Notes: generated by a model not told the origin, from the sequence alone. DNA of 64,000 bases from an uncultured Thiomicrospira sp. (GCA_965195345.1 OZ239628.1:1536001-1600000), one strand, 5' to 3'; positions 1 to 11,876 are shown, numbered from the stretch's first letter. Numbers and translations are program-made.

Positions 1-2
1 GC

Positions 3-221
3 GAAACTTCACAAGTATTCGTTATTACTCATCAAGCCCAAGTTGCTGCTCAAGCACAGAATCATTTTAAGATTATCAAACGCATTGAAGAGAGCAAAAC
101 AATTACAAAAGTAGAACGGCTCGATGAAAAACAAAGAGTAAGTGAAATTTCACGAATGATTGGCGGTTCCAGCATTACCTCGCAAACGATTGCCCATGCT
201 ACTCAAATTCTCTCAAGTTAA
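3..221 (+). CDS. recN: DNA repair protein RecN, 3' end (partial)
   Basis: Manual translation ETSQVFVITHQAQVAAQAQNHFKIIK...RVSEISRMIGG...ILSS* fits the RecN C-terminus (QV..ITH.PQVAA, R..EIARMLGG); TAA at 219-221. Confidence 0.9.
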   Translation, partial: ETSQVFVITHQAQVAAQAQNHFKIIKRIEESKTITKVERLDEKQRVSEISRMIGGSSITSQTIAHATQILSS

Positions 222-2288
222 CACGAGGACATCAGCCGCCACAACCGAATCTGCATTGACAATGATCGGGTTAACATCAATTTCTTTGAAATAATCTCGC
301 AGGTGATGACACATTAAAGAAAAGCTAACAAACGCTTCAATAACCGCTTTTTTATTTACCTTCTCCTGTCCGCGCACACCATCCAATAACTTTTTCACTC
401 GCAAAGACTCTAGCATTTCTTCTGCTTTCAAATAACTAACAGGAGCTAAAGCAAACCGACGATCAGCAACCAATTCAATCAAAAAACCACCGGCTGCAAT
501 CATAACAATTGGACCCACATCAGCATCTAATACACAACCAAAAGCTAACTCTACTCTTTTATCAAGCATTTTCTGTACTATTACACGCTCCCCAAGCCGC
601 TGGCTGATATCTTCATATGCTAACTTCAGTTGCTCAATATTTTCAATGTCTAAATACACACCTTGCTGATCACTTTTATGCTCAATTCCTGATGCAGTTT
701 TCAAAGCAACTGGAAAATCAAAATCAACGATGCTCTGGTTCAGCTGATCCCATGTTGTGCATACTCTATTCTCAACAGTATCCAGCCCAAAGTCTTGTAA
801 TAGCGACAGTCCTAATGACTCATCAATGATTTCATTAGATAAAGTTTTTTTCCATTTCTCTATCATGCATGATGGGAAGTCAAAAGATTCAGGTGAAACT
901 TCCTTCTCGTCTTTTTTCCTTCCCCATTGAAGAAATTTACTAGTCGCATAAAGTACTTCATGCAGACCGTTAAGCATTGGGACGTTTTTCTTAGCTAATG
1001 CATTAGCCAGTTTTTTATTATTTGTCTGAGCAAAACTTGAATAGATGAAACAAGGCTTAGATGTTAAATTTGGAAGATCTGTCGCCAACTCTAATAATTC
1101 TGGGGCGTAGATATAGTCATCTCTAAAGTCGGCTTCAAATCCAAGCATTGATACTTCATCAGATGTGCTGAAGATATCGAGCGAATGACGAAAGGCGTCG
1201 GCATAATTACCCGTTAAATTTCCGCCACAATCAAGAGGATTGGAAGCAACAAGTGGTGGTGGCAATATGGCTTGCAATTTTTCCATAAGGCTTTCATCCA
1301 AAATGGCTAATGGCGAATCCATTTTATCTGCACAATCCATTGCCAGCTCCCTCAACCCACCAGAATCATTGACCATAGCCACGCCACCTGCTCGCGGAAT
1401 CCTCCCCTGAGAACACAGCAATGCAACATTCATCATTTGATCTATTGTGTCAACAACAATAGCACCAAAATTTTCAAAAAGTGCATCGTATGCTGTTTCT
1501 GATCCAACAAGTGCTCCTGTATGGGATTGTGCCATTTTCTTGCTTTCTTCCGTACGTCCAACTTTGCAAATTACTACTGGAACACCCATTTTTTTCGCTT
1601 TTTCGATTGCTTGTGCTAATCCTTGTGGATTTCGAGCCGTCTCCATAAATACAGCAATCACATTTGTAGTCTCTCTTGAAAGAGCATAATCAATATACTC
1701 ATCTATACTTGAACCAATTTCTTGTCCAGGAGAAACAACCAGATCGAATCTATACCGAGCATCGTTTAAGGCAAGAAGCGTAAAAACGGAGCCCGAGTGG
1801 GCTAATAAAGTAATACCCCCTTGCTCAAGATGACCTGCAGGGTAATAGGTTCCAACACAACGGGAAGGCACATTAATAAACCCCATACAATTGCCACCAC
1901 AAATAGGAAAATTTGCCTCTTTAGCAATGTCTTTTAATCTTTGTAAAAGGTTCTTTTCCCCTGAAACACCATGACAGGCATCATATATAACCGCTGATCC
2001 GGCACCGCTTTCGATAGCATCCACTAATGCACTTTCAATATGTGCCCCACCTACTCCAAGAAGCGCTAAATCAACACTTTTTCCTAATTGTTTTAAACTT
2101 GCATAACAATTTTTACCAAGCATTGAATCATACTTAGGATTGATAAAATGCATATCACCTTCAAAACCAGCGCTACCAGCAGATTGAACCATACGCAATC
2201 CAAATGAATGCTCTTTAGGAGAGGCGCCGACTATGGCTATAGAATTCGCTTCAAACATTCGAGCAAGACGGTGTTTCATATCAGCCAT
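213..2288 (-). CDS. Acetate-CoA ligase family (ADP-forming acyl-CoA synthetase), fused CoA-binding and ATP-grasp domains
   Basis: SIAIVGAS, GGNCMG, SHTGALVG (phospho-His motif), SNPLD, HKSD..GV, EIDVNP. Confidence 0.88.
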   Translation of the reverse strand: MADMKHRLARMFEANSIAIVGASPKEHSFGLRMVQSAGSAGFEGDMHFINPKYDSMLGKNCYASLKQLGKSVDLALLGVGGAHIESALVDAIESGAGSAVIYDACHGVSGEKNLLQRLKDIAKEANFPICGGNCMGFINVPSRCVGTYYPAGHLEQGGITLLAHSGSVFTLLALNDARYRFDLVVSPGQEIGSSIDEYIDYALSRETTNVIAVFMETARNPQGLAQAIEKAKKMGVPVVICKVGRTEESKKMAQSHTGALVGSETAYDALFENFGAIVVDTIDQMMNVALLCSQGRIPRAGGVAMVNDSGGLRELAMDCADKMDSPLAILDESLMEKLQAILPPPLVASNPLDCGGNLTGNYADAFRHSLDIFSTSDEVSMLGFEADFRDDYIYAPELLELATDLPNLTSKPCFIYSSFAQTNNKKLANALAKKNVPMLNGLHEVLYATSKFLQWGRKKDEKEVSPESFDFPSCMIEKWKKTLSNEIIDESLGLSLLQDFGLDTVENRVCTTWDQLNQSIVDFDFPVALKTASGIEHKSDQQGVYLDIENIEQLKLAYEDISQRLGERVIVQKMLDKRVELAFGCVLDADVGPIVMIAAGGFLIELVADRRFALAPVSYLKAEEMLESLRVKKLLDGVRGQEKVNKKAVIEAFVSFSLMCHHLRDYFKEIDVNPIIVNADSVVAADVLVLT

Positions 2289-2290
2289 GT

Positions 2291-3109
2291 TTATGAACCT
2301 TTGAACTTTGGAGGGCGTTTTTCAGCAAACGCCACAGCGCCTTCATTAAAATCATCGGAATTCAACATTTTTTCATAGTGCGCCATATTACTCATCCTTG
2401 CCCATGCTTTATGTGCGTTTTTGTGTGCCATTTCAGGTGACAAATTGGCGTTGTAGCGCATAAACTCTTTAAGTGCCTTGCTCACCAGCGGTGCACCATC
2501 GGCAATTAATTGAGCAACTTCGTATGCTTTTTTTCGCACATTATCCTTTGAAACCACATCACGAACCAACCCCCAATGTTTAGCTTCTTGAGCACTCATA
2601 CGACGCCCAGTTAAAATCATGTCTAAAGCAACGTTGTAAGGAATTCGATGGTGCAACTTCTGGATGCCGCCACCGTCTGGGATGAAGCCCCGTTGCATTT
2701 CTGGCAACCAAAATTCCGTATTTTCCGATGCGATAATTAAATCAGCGCCTAATACCATTTCGAAGCCACCACCGACGCATAAACCATCAACTGCAGCAAC
2801 AACTGGCTTATACATATCCCAAAATTCAGGTAGTCCACCTATGCCACCTGGACCTAAATCAAATCCACCCTCTTGATCTCGTCCATCGCCTTTTGCAAAA
2901 GCCTTTAAATCCCAGCCTCCACAAAATATGTTTTTGTTATTTGTGCTGGCCGATAAAATACCAACACGCAAGCTATCGTCATTATTCAATTCTTTGAATG
3001 CATCGTACAAGTCACAACTCATCTGATGATCAATAGCATTTGCTGGTGGTTTATCGAGCATTATTTCAAATATGCTCTCGTTTCTTAATGTCTTCGTAAA
3101 TTGTGTCAT
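2291..3109 (-). CDS. caiD: Enoyl-CoA hydratase, carnitinyl-CoA dehydratase (CaiD)-like
   Basis: LDKPPANAID, GWDLKA, DLGPGG, KPVVAAVDGLCVGGGFE, PDGGG, TGRRMSAQEA..WG, AFAEKRPP. Confidence 0.75.
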   Translation of the reverse strand: MTQFTKTLRNESIFEIMLDKPPANAIDHQMSCDLYDAFKELNNDDSLRVGILSASTNNKNIFCGGWDLKAFAKGDGRDQEGGFDLGPGGIGGLPEFWDMYKPVVAAVDGLCVGGGFEMVLGADLIIASENTEFWLPEMQRGFIPDGGGIQKLHHRIPYNVALDMILTGRRMSAQEAKHWGLVRDVVSKDNVRKKAYEVAQLIADGAPLVSKALKEFMRYNANLSPEMAHKNAHKAWARMSNMAHYEKMLNSDDFNEGAVAFAEKRPPKFKGS

Positions 3110-3249
3110 TTTAGGAGTTGGCTGTTACGTTTTTCACGTGCGCATTTTATCTATTAAACCAACACAATGCAGTACAAATATTAAGGTAAAATAGAACGCA
3201 CTTAATTGACACAACTTCAATGGTTGAACACATTGAGTTCATGGTTTAA

Positions 3250-4320
<1,071 letters not shown>

Positions 4321-4375
4321 ATTCGAACACCACTGAAAATCTTTATCAGTACGATAATTCATAAAATCAAACCCG

Positions 4376-5176
4376 ATGCCTCTTAAATTTGGGTTAAAAT
4401 TTTCCATACTAACACTGTTATGTGTAGCACTTCTCTATACTGACATCAATCTGAAATGGCTCCAAGGGATTCGTCAAACACTACTCATCCCTTTGACACC
4501 ATTTCACGCATTACCGACTAAAGCACACAACCTTTCTAATTGGATTCAATCCTTAGGTCTTTTTCAAAGTGCTCTTCTTGAAAAAAATGAACAACTGGAA
4601 ACATACAATCAAATACTTTTGTCAAGATTACACAAATTAGTTTCTCTTGAACAGGAAAACGATGCTTTGCGTGAATTGTTAGGTGTTACCGATAGAATAG
4701 GATCCGTTCGATTGCTCGTAGCCGAAACACAATCGGTTAGTTTCAATCCTTTCGACTCTAACATACTCATAGATCGAGGAACAGATGATGGCGTTTATCT
4801 GCACCAACCAGTTGTTGAACATAATGGAATCATAGGTCAAGTGAGTCAAGTCAATGAAAATCAAAGCATTGTTACTTTAATTAATTCAATCTCCCACGCC
4901 ACTCCTATTACAAACCAAAGGAATGGAGCACGTGGCATATTATTTGGAAACGGTGAAAACCTTGAACTTCGCTTTATTTTTCAAGAGAATCAATTTCGCA
5001 CGAATGACATATTGATAACTTCAGGTTTGGGTAACGTATTTCCTGCAGGATATCCAGTTGCGGTAGTTAAAGAAGTTAAAAAAAAGACAAATAATTTTAC
5101 TTCTATTGTTGCTAAGCCACTGGCTTCGCTGAACACAGCTCGATACGTTCTGCTATTGTGGGATGATCAAGAATGA
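4376..5176 (+). CDS. mreC: Rod shape-determining protein MreC
   Basis: N-terminal TM helix, coiled coil ENDALRELL, TSGLGNVFPAGYPVA; follows mreB. Confidence 0.95.
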   Translation: MPLKFGLKFSILTLLCVALLYTDINLKWLQGIRQTLLIPLTPFHALPTKAHNLSNWIQSLGLFQSALLEKNEQLETYNQILLSRLHKLVSLEQENDALRELLGVTDRIGSVRLLVAETQSVSFNPFDSNILIDRGTDDGVYLHQPVVEHNGIIGQVSQVNENQSIVTLINSISHATPITNQRNGARGILFGNGENLELRFIFQENQFRTNDILITSGLGNVFPAGYPVAVVKEVKKKTNNFTSIVAKPLASLNTARYVLLLWDDQE

Positions 5177-5679
5177 TTTTATATAACGAAAAAAACTTTG
5201 CTGATTTAAGTTATCGCCTTGTGGCCTTTTCTCTTGTCATCTCCTTATTTATCTACATATTACCTTGGGATAAATCACTCAAAATACTGTTACCTGACTT
5301 TCCTCTTTTAACGGTGCTTTTTGTAATACGCCATTCACCGAAACGTTATGGGCTTATCTTGGCGTTCTCAATCGGTTTAATTCAAGACGTTCTTCTCTTT
5401 ATGCCTTTAGGTTTAAATGCATTTATTTTTTTAAGTTCTGCTGTTATTTGTTTAATCTTCTTCAACCGTCCTTATCAAATTAGCAATGTCCAAGAAGCTA
5501 TCCTTACCTTTATATTATTTTTCTTATCAAAAATAATCCATTTGATCGCACTAGAGCTATTATTGACTGAACCAAACTATGGTGAAGTAATGATCCCTTT
5601 GATAATTTCATTGTTTTTTTCTACCGCTTTATGGATGATGATGCGTGCTTTAGTCCTCTTATACTATAGTGATAGGTAA
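5173..5679 (+). CDS. mreD: Rod shape-determining protein MreD
   Basis: Hydrophobic 168 aa, PDF..L, GLIQDVL...PLGLNA; lies between mreC and mrdA. Confidence 0.9.
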   Translation: MILYNEKNFADLSYRLVAFSLVISLFIYILPWDKSLKILLPDFPLLTVLFVIRHSPKRYGLILAFSIGLIQDVLLFMPLGLNAFIFLSSAVICLIFFNRPYQISNVQEAILTFILFFLSKIIHLIALELLLTEPNYGEVMIPLIISLFFSTALWMMMRALVLLYYSDR

Positions 5680-5681
5680 TT

Positions 5682-7547
5682 ATGGTATACCAACAACAAA
5701 AACGACAATATATCAATAATGCGCATACGGAAAATAGTATTCTCAGTGGACGCATTATTTTCCTATTTATCATATGCCTTTTATTGATAGCCACTCTATT
5801 AATTCGCATCATTGATCTGCAGCTATTCAAACATGAAAAATTCTCTCTTTATTCAGATAGAAATCGACTAGACATAATTTCTTTAGCACCTTCCCGTAGC
5901 AATATTTATGATCGCAATGGAAAGTTACTCGCAACCAATCATCCTTCATTTAACCTTGAAATACATCCTAAACAACTTAAACGTACCAACTACACAGAGG
6001 TATTGGATACTTTATCAGAAATTGTCACATTAGACGAAAATGACAAAAATAAAATCATTAGAGCCATACAAAAAGGCACTAATAACCCATTACTGATAAA
6101 GCAAAATATCAGTGAAGTAGTCGTCGCTCAAATTAGTGCTCGATTAAACAAACTACCAGGGGTGCGTATAAAATCAGAACCCAAACGTTACTATCCTTAC
6201 GGTTCTGTTGGTTCACATGTTATTGGATACACTGACATAGTCAAAGCAGAGGACATTGAAAAAAACGACCCTCAATCTTTACGAGGGATTAAGCGAGTAG
6301 GACGTAAAGGCATAGAGGCGTATTACGATACATGGTTGAGAGGAAAAGCTGGATATGCCACTATTGAGCAAGATGTTTTGGGTAATGATATTCGCGAAAT
6401 AACAAGCACGAATCCAACCGACGGAATGCCATTAACATTAAGCATAGACATCCAACTTCAACAATACATTGAAGAGCTAATATCCCCATTTAAAGGTTCA
6501 GTAGTTGTTGTTGACACACACAATGGTGAGGTTTTATCTTTAGTCAGTATGCCAAATTATGATCTCAACCTAATTATAGGTGAGCGTAACAGTTCAGAGT
6601 ATAAGACACTGATTCGATCTCTCGATAGCCCATTTCTAAATCGTGCTATTAACGGACAATACTCACCAGGATCTACGTTCAAACCATTCATCGCATTAGC
6701 AGGCATGGAAAAAAATAAACTTGATCCTAATAAGAAAGTTTTTGCAGGTCCATATTATCAAATACCAGGGAAATTAAAACATAAATTCTATGATTGGAAA
6801 GACGGTGGTCATGGTTGGGTTAACTTGGATACCGCTATAGCTCAATCATGCGATGTTTATTTTTATGATTTAGCCTATCGTATTGGTATTGACGATCTCC
6901 ATGAATACCTTTCACAATTTTATTTTGGTTCTTCAACAGGAATTGATTTACCTAATGAAAGTGCTGGACTTCTTCCTTATCGAGCATGGAAAAAAGAAAA
7001 AAAATCGATTCGTTGGTACCCAGGAGAAACTGTTATTTTCGGAATTGGTCAAGGATACTTGCTAACCACTCCTCTGCAAATGGCTGTTAATATGTCAGCT
7101 ATCGCCAATAGAGGTCGACTCATTTCACCCAAAATAACCTTGAACTCTCCGACCACATCCTCAAAAAATCAATCCAAAACCATTCCTACTGCAAACACAC
7201 TTTACTGGAACAAAGTAACGAGTGCTTTGCATAATAGTATTTCCAAAAAATATGGAACAGCACATAAAATATCCACAGGAGCAAAATACTCGATAGCTGG
7301 GAAAACTGGAACAGTCCAGGTATTTCAGCTATCTCAAGATAAAGAAATACGAAAAAAACAAAAAGAGATAACACAGGAAAAACTACGTGACCATTCTGTC
7401 TTTACTGCTTTCGCCCCAGTGAACAATCCTCGAATTTCAATCGCAGTCGTCATTGAAAATGGCGGAAGTGGGAGTTCATTAGCAGCACCTATTGCGCGTG
7501 ATGTAATGGATAAATATTTTGAACTATACCCTCTAAATCATCTGTGA
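5682..7547 (+). CDS. mrdA: Penicillin-binding protein 2
   Basis: IYDRNG, RYYPYG, PGSTFK (SxxK), SCD, KTGT. Confidence 0.96.
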   Translation: MVYQQQKRQYINNAHTENSILSGRIIFLFIICLLLIATLLIRIIDLQLFKHEKFSLYSDRNRLDIISLAPSRSNIYDRNGKLLATNHPSFNLEIHPKQLKRTNYTEVLDTLSEIVTLDENDKNKIIRAIQKGTNNPLLIKQNISEVVVAQISARLNKLPGVRIKSEPKRYYPYGSVGSHVIGYTDIVKAEDIEKNDPQSLRGIKRVGRKGIEAYYDTWLRGKAGYATIEQDVLGNDIREITSTNPTDGMPLTLSIDIQLQQYIEELISPFKGSVVVVDTHNGEVLSLVSMPNYDLNLIIGERNSSEYKTLIRSLDSPFLNRAINGQYSPGSTFKPFIALAGMEKNKLDPNKKVFAGPYYQIPGKLKHKFYDWKDGGHGWVNLDTAIAQSCDVYFYDLAYRIGIDDLHEYLSQFYFGSSTGIDLPNESAGLLPYRAWKKEKKSIRWYPGETVIFGIGQGYLLTTPLQMAVNMSAIANRGRLISPKITLNSPTTSSKNQSKTIPTANTLYWNKVTSALHNSISKKYGTAHKISTGAKYSIAGKTGTVQVFQLSQDKEIRKKQKEITQEKLRDHSVFTAFAPVNNPRISIAVVIENGGSGSSLAAPIARDVMDKYFELYPLNHL

Positions 7548-8647
7548 AAAACAGTTTGAAATCGTTCGCCGCGCTGATCACAATTGATTGGTATTTGCTA
7601 TTATTATTTCTTATCTTTGCTGTTGTTTCTCTCGTTCTACTATACAGTGCTGGTAGTGGCGAGTTTCAATATGTACAAAAGCAGGCGTTGAATTTTTTGA
7701 TTGCTTTTATTTCTATGTTAGTAATTGCTCAACTACCCGTAAGGCATATACGTACACTAACACCTTGGATCTATTTATTATTTATTGGATTGTTAATATT
7801 TGTACTGTTTGCTGGGCAAACTGGGAAAGGCGCTCAACGTTGGATTTCATTTGGTGGCATCAGCCTGCAGCCTTCCGAAATTGTGAAAGTCATTCTTCCA
7901 GCGATGCTCGTATGGTGGCTAGAAAAAACACGGGGCAGCAACCAATCTATAATCGTTTGGTTAGGGTTTATCATACTAACTTGTGTGCCTCTTGCGCTTA
8001 TCGTCTTACAACCAGACTTAGGCACAAGCTTAATGATTTCTGCTAATGTCATTATCATCATAATCGCCATTGGAGTATCCAAAAAAAAAATAGCCGGTCT
8101 GTTTGCCCTAGGAATATCGGCTCTGCCTATATTATGGTTAAACATGCACGCCTATCAAAAGTCGCGTGTACTCACTTTTCTTGATCCTTTCAAAGACCCA
8201 TTAGGTCATGGATATCACGTAATCCAGTCGCAGACAGCAATTGGCTCTGGAGGTATAGTCGGAAAAGGATGGCTGAATGGAACGCAATCTCAACTTAATT
8301 TCGTACCCGAACAACACACTGATTTTATCTTTTCCCTTCTCGCTGAGGAGTTTGGATTCATTGGTATTATTGTTCTTTTTTTGTTATATTTTTGTGTGTT
8401 AATACGTGGATTATTGATAGCATGGAATGCACAAAATTTTTTCACACAAGTGCTCGCCATCTCTCTAACTACCAGTTTTTTTATAAATGCGATTGTTAAT
8501 ATTGCTATGGTGACAGGTTTGCTACCCGTGGTGGGATTGCCATTGCCTCTCATTAGTTATGGAGGAAGTGCGCTGTTGACACACGCGCTTGCCTTTGGAC
8601 TGCTGATATCGATCGGATCTCATAAACTCTACATAATAAATAAATGA
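7544..8647 (+). CDS. rodA: Rod shape-determining protein RodA (SEDS family)
   Basis: GAQRW, QPSE, QPDLGT, PEQHTDFIF, LISYGGS. Confidence 0.96.
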   Translation: MKNSLKSFAALITIDWYLLLLFLIFAVVSLVLLYSAGSGEFQYVQKQALNFLIAFISMLVIAQLPVRHIRTLTPWIYLLFIGLLIFVLFAGQTGKGAQRWISFGGISLQPSEIVKVILPAMLVWWLEKTRGSNQSIIVWLGFIILTCVPLALIVLQPDLGTSLMISANVIIIIIAIGVSKKKIAGLFALGISALPILWLNMHAYQKSRVLTFLDPFKDPLGHGYHVIQSQTAIGSGGIVGKGWLNGTQSQLNFVPEQHTDFIFSLLAEEFGFIGIIVLFLLYFCVLIRGLLIAWNAQNFFTQVLAISLTTSFFINAIVNIAMVTGLLPVVGLPLPLISYGGSALLTHALAFGLLISIGSHKLYIINK

Positions 8648-9690
8648 TAATGCTGAAATATTTACTAAAACCACTTGCTTCTAAACTGCTTATTACTTTA
8701 ATTGTAATCATTCCTGTTAATGCACTTGCTAATAACCTTTTCCAAGAAAACAAAAATTTAAAGCATTTGCAAAAAAAAGAGGTCTTACGTTTTATTTCTA
8801 CTCTTAAGAAAAAACATGGTTTTTCTCCAGAACAGTTAAATACGATATTTGCAACTTATCAGTACGACCCCACGCTATTACCTATTCGAAAGAAAAGAGT
8901 GGCAGCAATACAGAAAAAAGGATCTCCTTGGCTAAGATACAAAAGAAAAGCGATAACCAATGAGCGCCTTGAAGCTGGGCGACGCTTTTATGTTGATAAT
9001 TATGAGATATTTTCAAGCGTAGAGAAAAAATTCCGTGTAGACAGTTCCTACATCCTTGCTATTCTCGGGCTTGAAACAAACTATGGCGCGTTTCAAGGTT
9101 CTCGGAGAGTTTTTGATACATTAACTACCTTATCCTTTCACAAACGTTCAAGAAGGAAAAAACTATTTTCTTCAGAGTTAAAAGAATTTTTAATGTTGTA
9201 TCAGAGTAAAAAACTTCAACTATCTGACATCGGTTCTCGAGCTGGAGCTATGGGTATGAGTCAATTTCTTCCTACATCTTTGAAAAACTTTGGCATTGAT
9301 TTTGACAACGATGGCCACGTTAACCTATTTAACTCAAAAGCGGATGCTATTGCCAGTATTGCAAACTATTTAAAACATCATGGTTGGCAACACAATAAGA
9401 AGGCAGCAATCCGTTTGAATCCTCATAAAACTCTTTCTTTTATGGCGCGTAGCAAATACAACTATTCAGTAAGGAATCTTCAAAAAAACTATGGTCAAAA
9501 GTTGCCAAATTTTTCACCAAAAACTTTAGGAAAAGTATATAACTTCAGTACTGATGAAAAATCGATTTATTGGTACGGAATGAAAAATTTTAGAATATTA
9601 AAACAGTACAATCACAGCAACTTCTACGCCATGTCAATAACGCAACTGGCTGATTTATTTAAACTTGACAAGGCAATTGGTGCTAAATGA
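8644..9690 (+). CDS. mltB: Lytic murein transglycosylase B family
   Basis: ILGLETNYG, GSRAGAMGMSQFLPTS, DFDNDG, ASIANYL, YNHSNFYAM. Confidence 0.9.
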   Translation: MIMLKYLLKPLASKLLITLIVIIPVNALANNLFQENKNLKHLQKKEVLRFISTLKKKHGFSPEQLNTIFATYQYDPTLLPIRKKRVAAIQKKGSPWLRYKRKAITNERLEAGRRFYVDNYEIFSSVEKKFRVDSSYILAILGLETNYGAFQGSRRVFDTLTTLSFHKRSRRKKLFSSELKEFLMLYQSKKLQLSDIGSRAGAMGMSQFLPTSLKNFGIDFDNDGHVNLFNSKADAIASIANYLKHHGWQHNKKAAIRLNPHKTLSFMARSKYNYSVRNLQKNYGQKLPNFSPKTLGKVYNFSTDEKSIYWYGMKNFRILKQYNHSNFYAMSITQLADLFKLDKAIGAK

Positions 9691-9697
9691 TTATTTT

Positions 9698-10792
9698 TCA
9701 AACACCCATCTTAAGACTTGCTTCGATGAATTGATTCAAATCTCCATCAAGAACCGCTTGAGTATTGCCTACCTCAACACCTGTTCGTAAGTCTTTTATT
9801 CTTCCAGAATCAAGAACATAAGAACGAATCTGACTCCCCCACCCAATATCCGCCTTATTATCCTCCAATTCCTTCTTTTCACTATTGCGTTTGCGCATCT
9901 CTAATTCATAGAGCTTAGCGCGCATCTGCTTCATTGCTTCAGCTTTATTTGCATGTTGTGATCGAGAGTTTTGACACTGAGTAACTATGCCACTAGGTTC
10001 ATGCGTTAAACGTACTGCAGATTCCGTTTTATTTACATGTTGCCCTCCTGCACCTGAAGCCCGATAAACATCAACACGCACATCCGCTATATTAACATCC
10101 ACCTCAAAACTATCGTCTATCTCTGGAGAAACAAATACGGAAGCAAAAGACGTGTGTCTTTTACTATTTGAATCGAAAGGTGATTTCCTAACTAATCGAT
10201 GAACACCTGTTTCAGTACGTAGCCAACCATATGCAAAATGACCTTTCACATGCAAAGAGGCACTTTTTATCCCTGCAACATCTCCATAGGAAACATCATT
10301 AATTTCAACTTGGAATCCTTGACGTTCAACCCAACGTAAATATTGTCGCATCAACATTTGCGCCCAATCTTGAGCTTCCGTACCACCGGAACCAGATTGA
10401 ATTTCTACGTAACAATTATTAGCATCAAGCTCCCCATTAAACATGCGCTGAAATTCGGCGGTTTCAACTCGTGTAACTAATACGTCAACCTCTCCCACCA
10501 TCTCCTCCGCACTGTTGACATCACCCTCTTCGCGCATCATTAACCAAAGCTCACAGCTATCTTTCACATCACTACTTAAACTATCAACTTGTTCTACCTG
10601 AACCTCCAGCATTGACTTACGACGCCCAAAATTTGCACTTTTTTCAACGTCAGACCAAACTTCAGGCATGGTTAATTGCTTCTCGATATATTCCAATTCA
10701 GTCCGCAAATCCTCTATTTTCAGCATTTCAGCAAGCTGCTTCACCCTATCTTCTAAATCTGTCAGACGTTCAATATAAAGCGTATACTCCAT
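9698..10792 (-). CDS. prfB: Peptide chain release factor 2, uninterrupted ORF
   Basis: GGTEAQDW, RKSPFD (SPF), GAGGQHVN, GWGSQIRSYVL. Confidence 0.97.
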   Translation of the reverse strand: MEYTLYIERLTDLEDRVKQLAEMLKIEDLRTELEYIEKQLTMPEVWSDVEKSANFGRRKSMLEVQVEQVDSLSSDVKDSCELWLMMREEGDVNSAEEMVGEVDVLVTRVETAEFQRMFNGELDANNCYVEIQSGSGGTEAQDWAQMLMRQYLRWVERQGFQVEINDVSYGDVAGIKSASLHVKGHFAYGWLRTETGVHRLVRKSPFDSNSKRHTSFASVFVSPEIDDSFEVDVNIADVRVDVYRASGAGGQHVNKTESAVRLTHEPSGIVTQCQNSRSQHANKAEAMKQMRAKLYELEMRKRNSEKKELEDNKADIGWGSQIRSYVLDSGRIKDLRTGVEVGNTQAVLDGDLNQFIEASLKMGV

Positions 10793-10793
10793 A

Positions 10794-11876
10794 CTAGCTA
10801 TCGTTTAAAATTGCTTTTTTAACTGCTGAAGCAGTCGCCTCAACTATTTCAATTTTTGAAGTGCTTTTACATTGTTCAATTGCAACATCTGGATCTTTCA
10901 TCCCATTTCCAGTCAAAGTACAAACAATTTGCGATCCTTCTTTAATTTTTCCCAAGTTGATGTCACGTATGAGACCCGCTAAAGAAATAGCGGACGCTGG
11001 TTCACAGAAAATTCCTTCCATACGAGCAAGCATGGACTGGACTTCAAGAATATGCTTATCGTCTAATTGACCAAACCATCCTTTTGACTCCCTATTAGCT
11101 GCCCATGCCAAATCCCAGCTTTGCGGATTCCCTATCCGAATTGCTGTTGCAATTGTTTCTGGGCTTTCAACCGGTTGTCCTGATAAAAATGGAGCGGCAC
11201 CACTCGCTTGATACCCAACCATTACGGGTAATTTCGTACTCAAATCATCGACTTGATATTCTTTATATCCCATCCAGTATGCACTGATATTACCAGCATT
11301 ACCAACCGGCAAGTAGTGGTAATCTGGCGCATCTCCTAAATCATCAATAATCTCGAAAGCTGCGGTTTTTTGACCTTGTAACCTATACGGATTAATTGAA
11401 TTGACAATTGCAGCGTTTGACTCTTCTGCTACTTCCTGTACCAATCGCATTCCATCATCAAAATTACCTCGTACTTGGATGATTTCAGCGCCGTACATCA
11501 TTGCTTGAGCCAATTTCCCCATAGCAATCTTCCCTTCAGGGATGAGAACAACTGAACGAATACCAGCCGATGCAGCATATGCAGCAGCGGCGGCTGAAGT
11601 ATTGCCAGTAGACGCACAGATAATTGTTTTTGAACCCTCGTTAACGGCATGAGTAACCGCCACAGTCATTCCTCGATCTTTAAAAGATCCAGTTGGATTC
11701 AATCCTTCATACTTAACATATATACTAACATCAGTAGATAATTCGGAAGGAATTCGAACCAATTTAATCAGTGGAGTTTGACCTTCACCGAGACTAATAA
11801 CTCTCTCGCCATCAGCGATTGGAAGACGAGATCGATATTTATCTATAAGACCTGTATACCGTGAAAAATTTGACAT
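10794..11876 (-). CDS. thrC: Threonine synthase
   Basis: EGLNPTGSFKDRGM, ASTGNTSA, PVGNAGNI, TGNGMKDP; start moved to ATG 11876 because the longer ORF overlaps tRNA-Pro. Confidence 0.95.
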   Translation of the reverse strand: MSNFSRYTGLIDKYRSRLPIADGERVISLGEGQTPLIKLVRIPSELSTDVSIYVKYEGLNPTGSFKDRGMTVAVTHAVNEGSKTIICASTGNTSAAAAAYAASAGIRSVVLIPEGKIAMGKLAQAMMYGAEIIQVRGNFDDGMRLVQEVAEESNAAIVNSINPYRLQGQKTAAFEIIDDLGDAPDYHYLPVGNAGNISAYWMGYKEYQVDDLSTKLPVMVGYQASGAAPFLSGQPVESPETIATAIRIGNPQSWDLAWAANRESKGWFGQLDDKHILEVQSMLARMEGIFCEPASAISLAGLIRDINLGKIKEGSQIVCTLTGNGMKDPDVAIEQCKSTSKIEIVEATASAVKKAILNDS

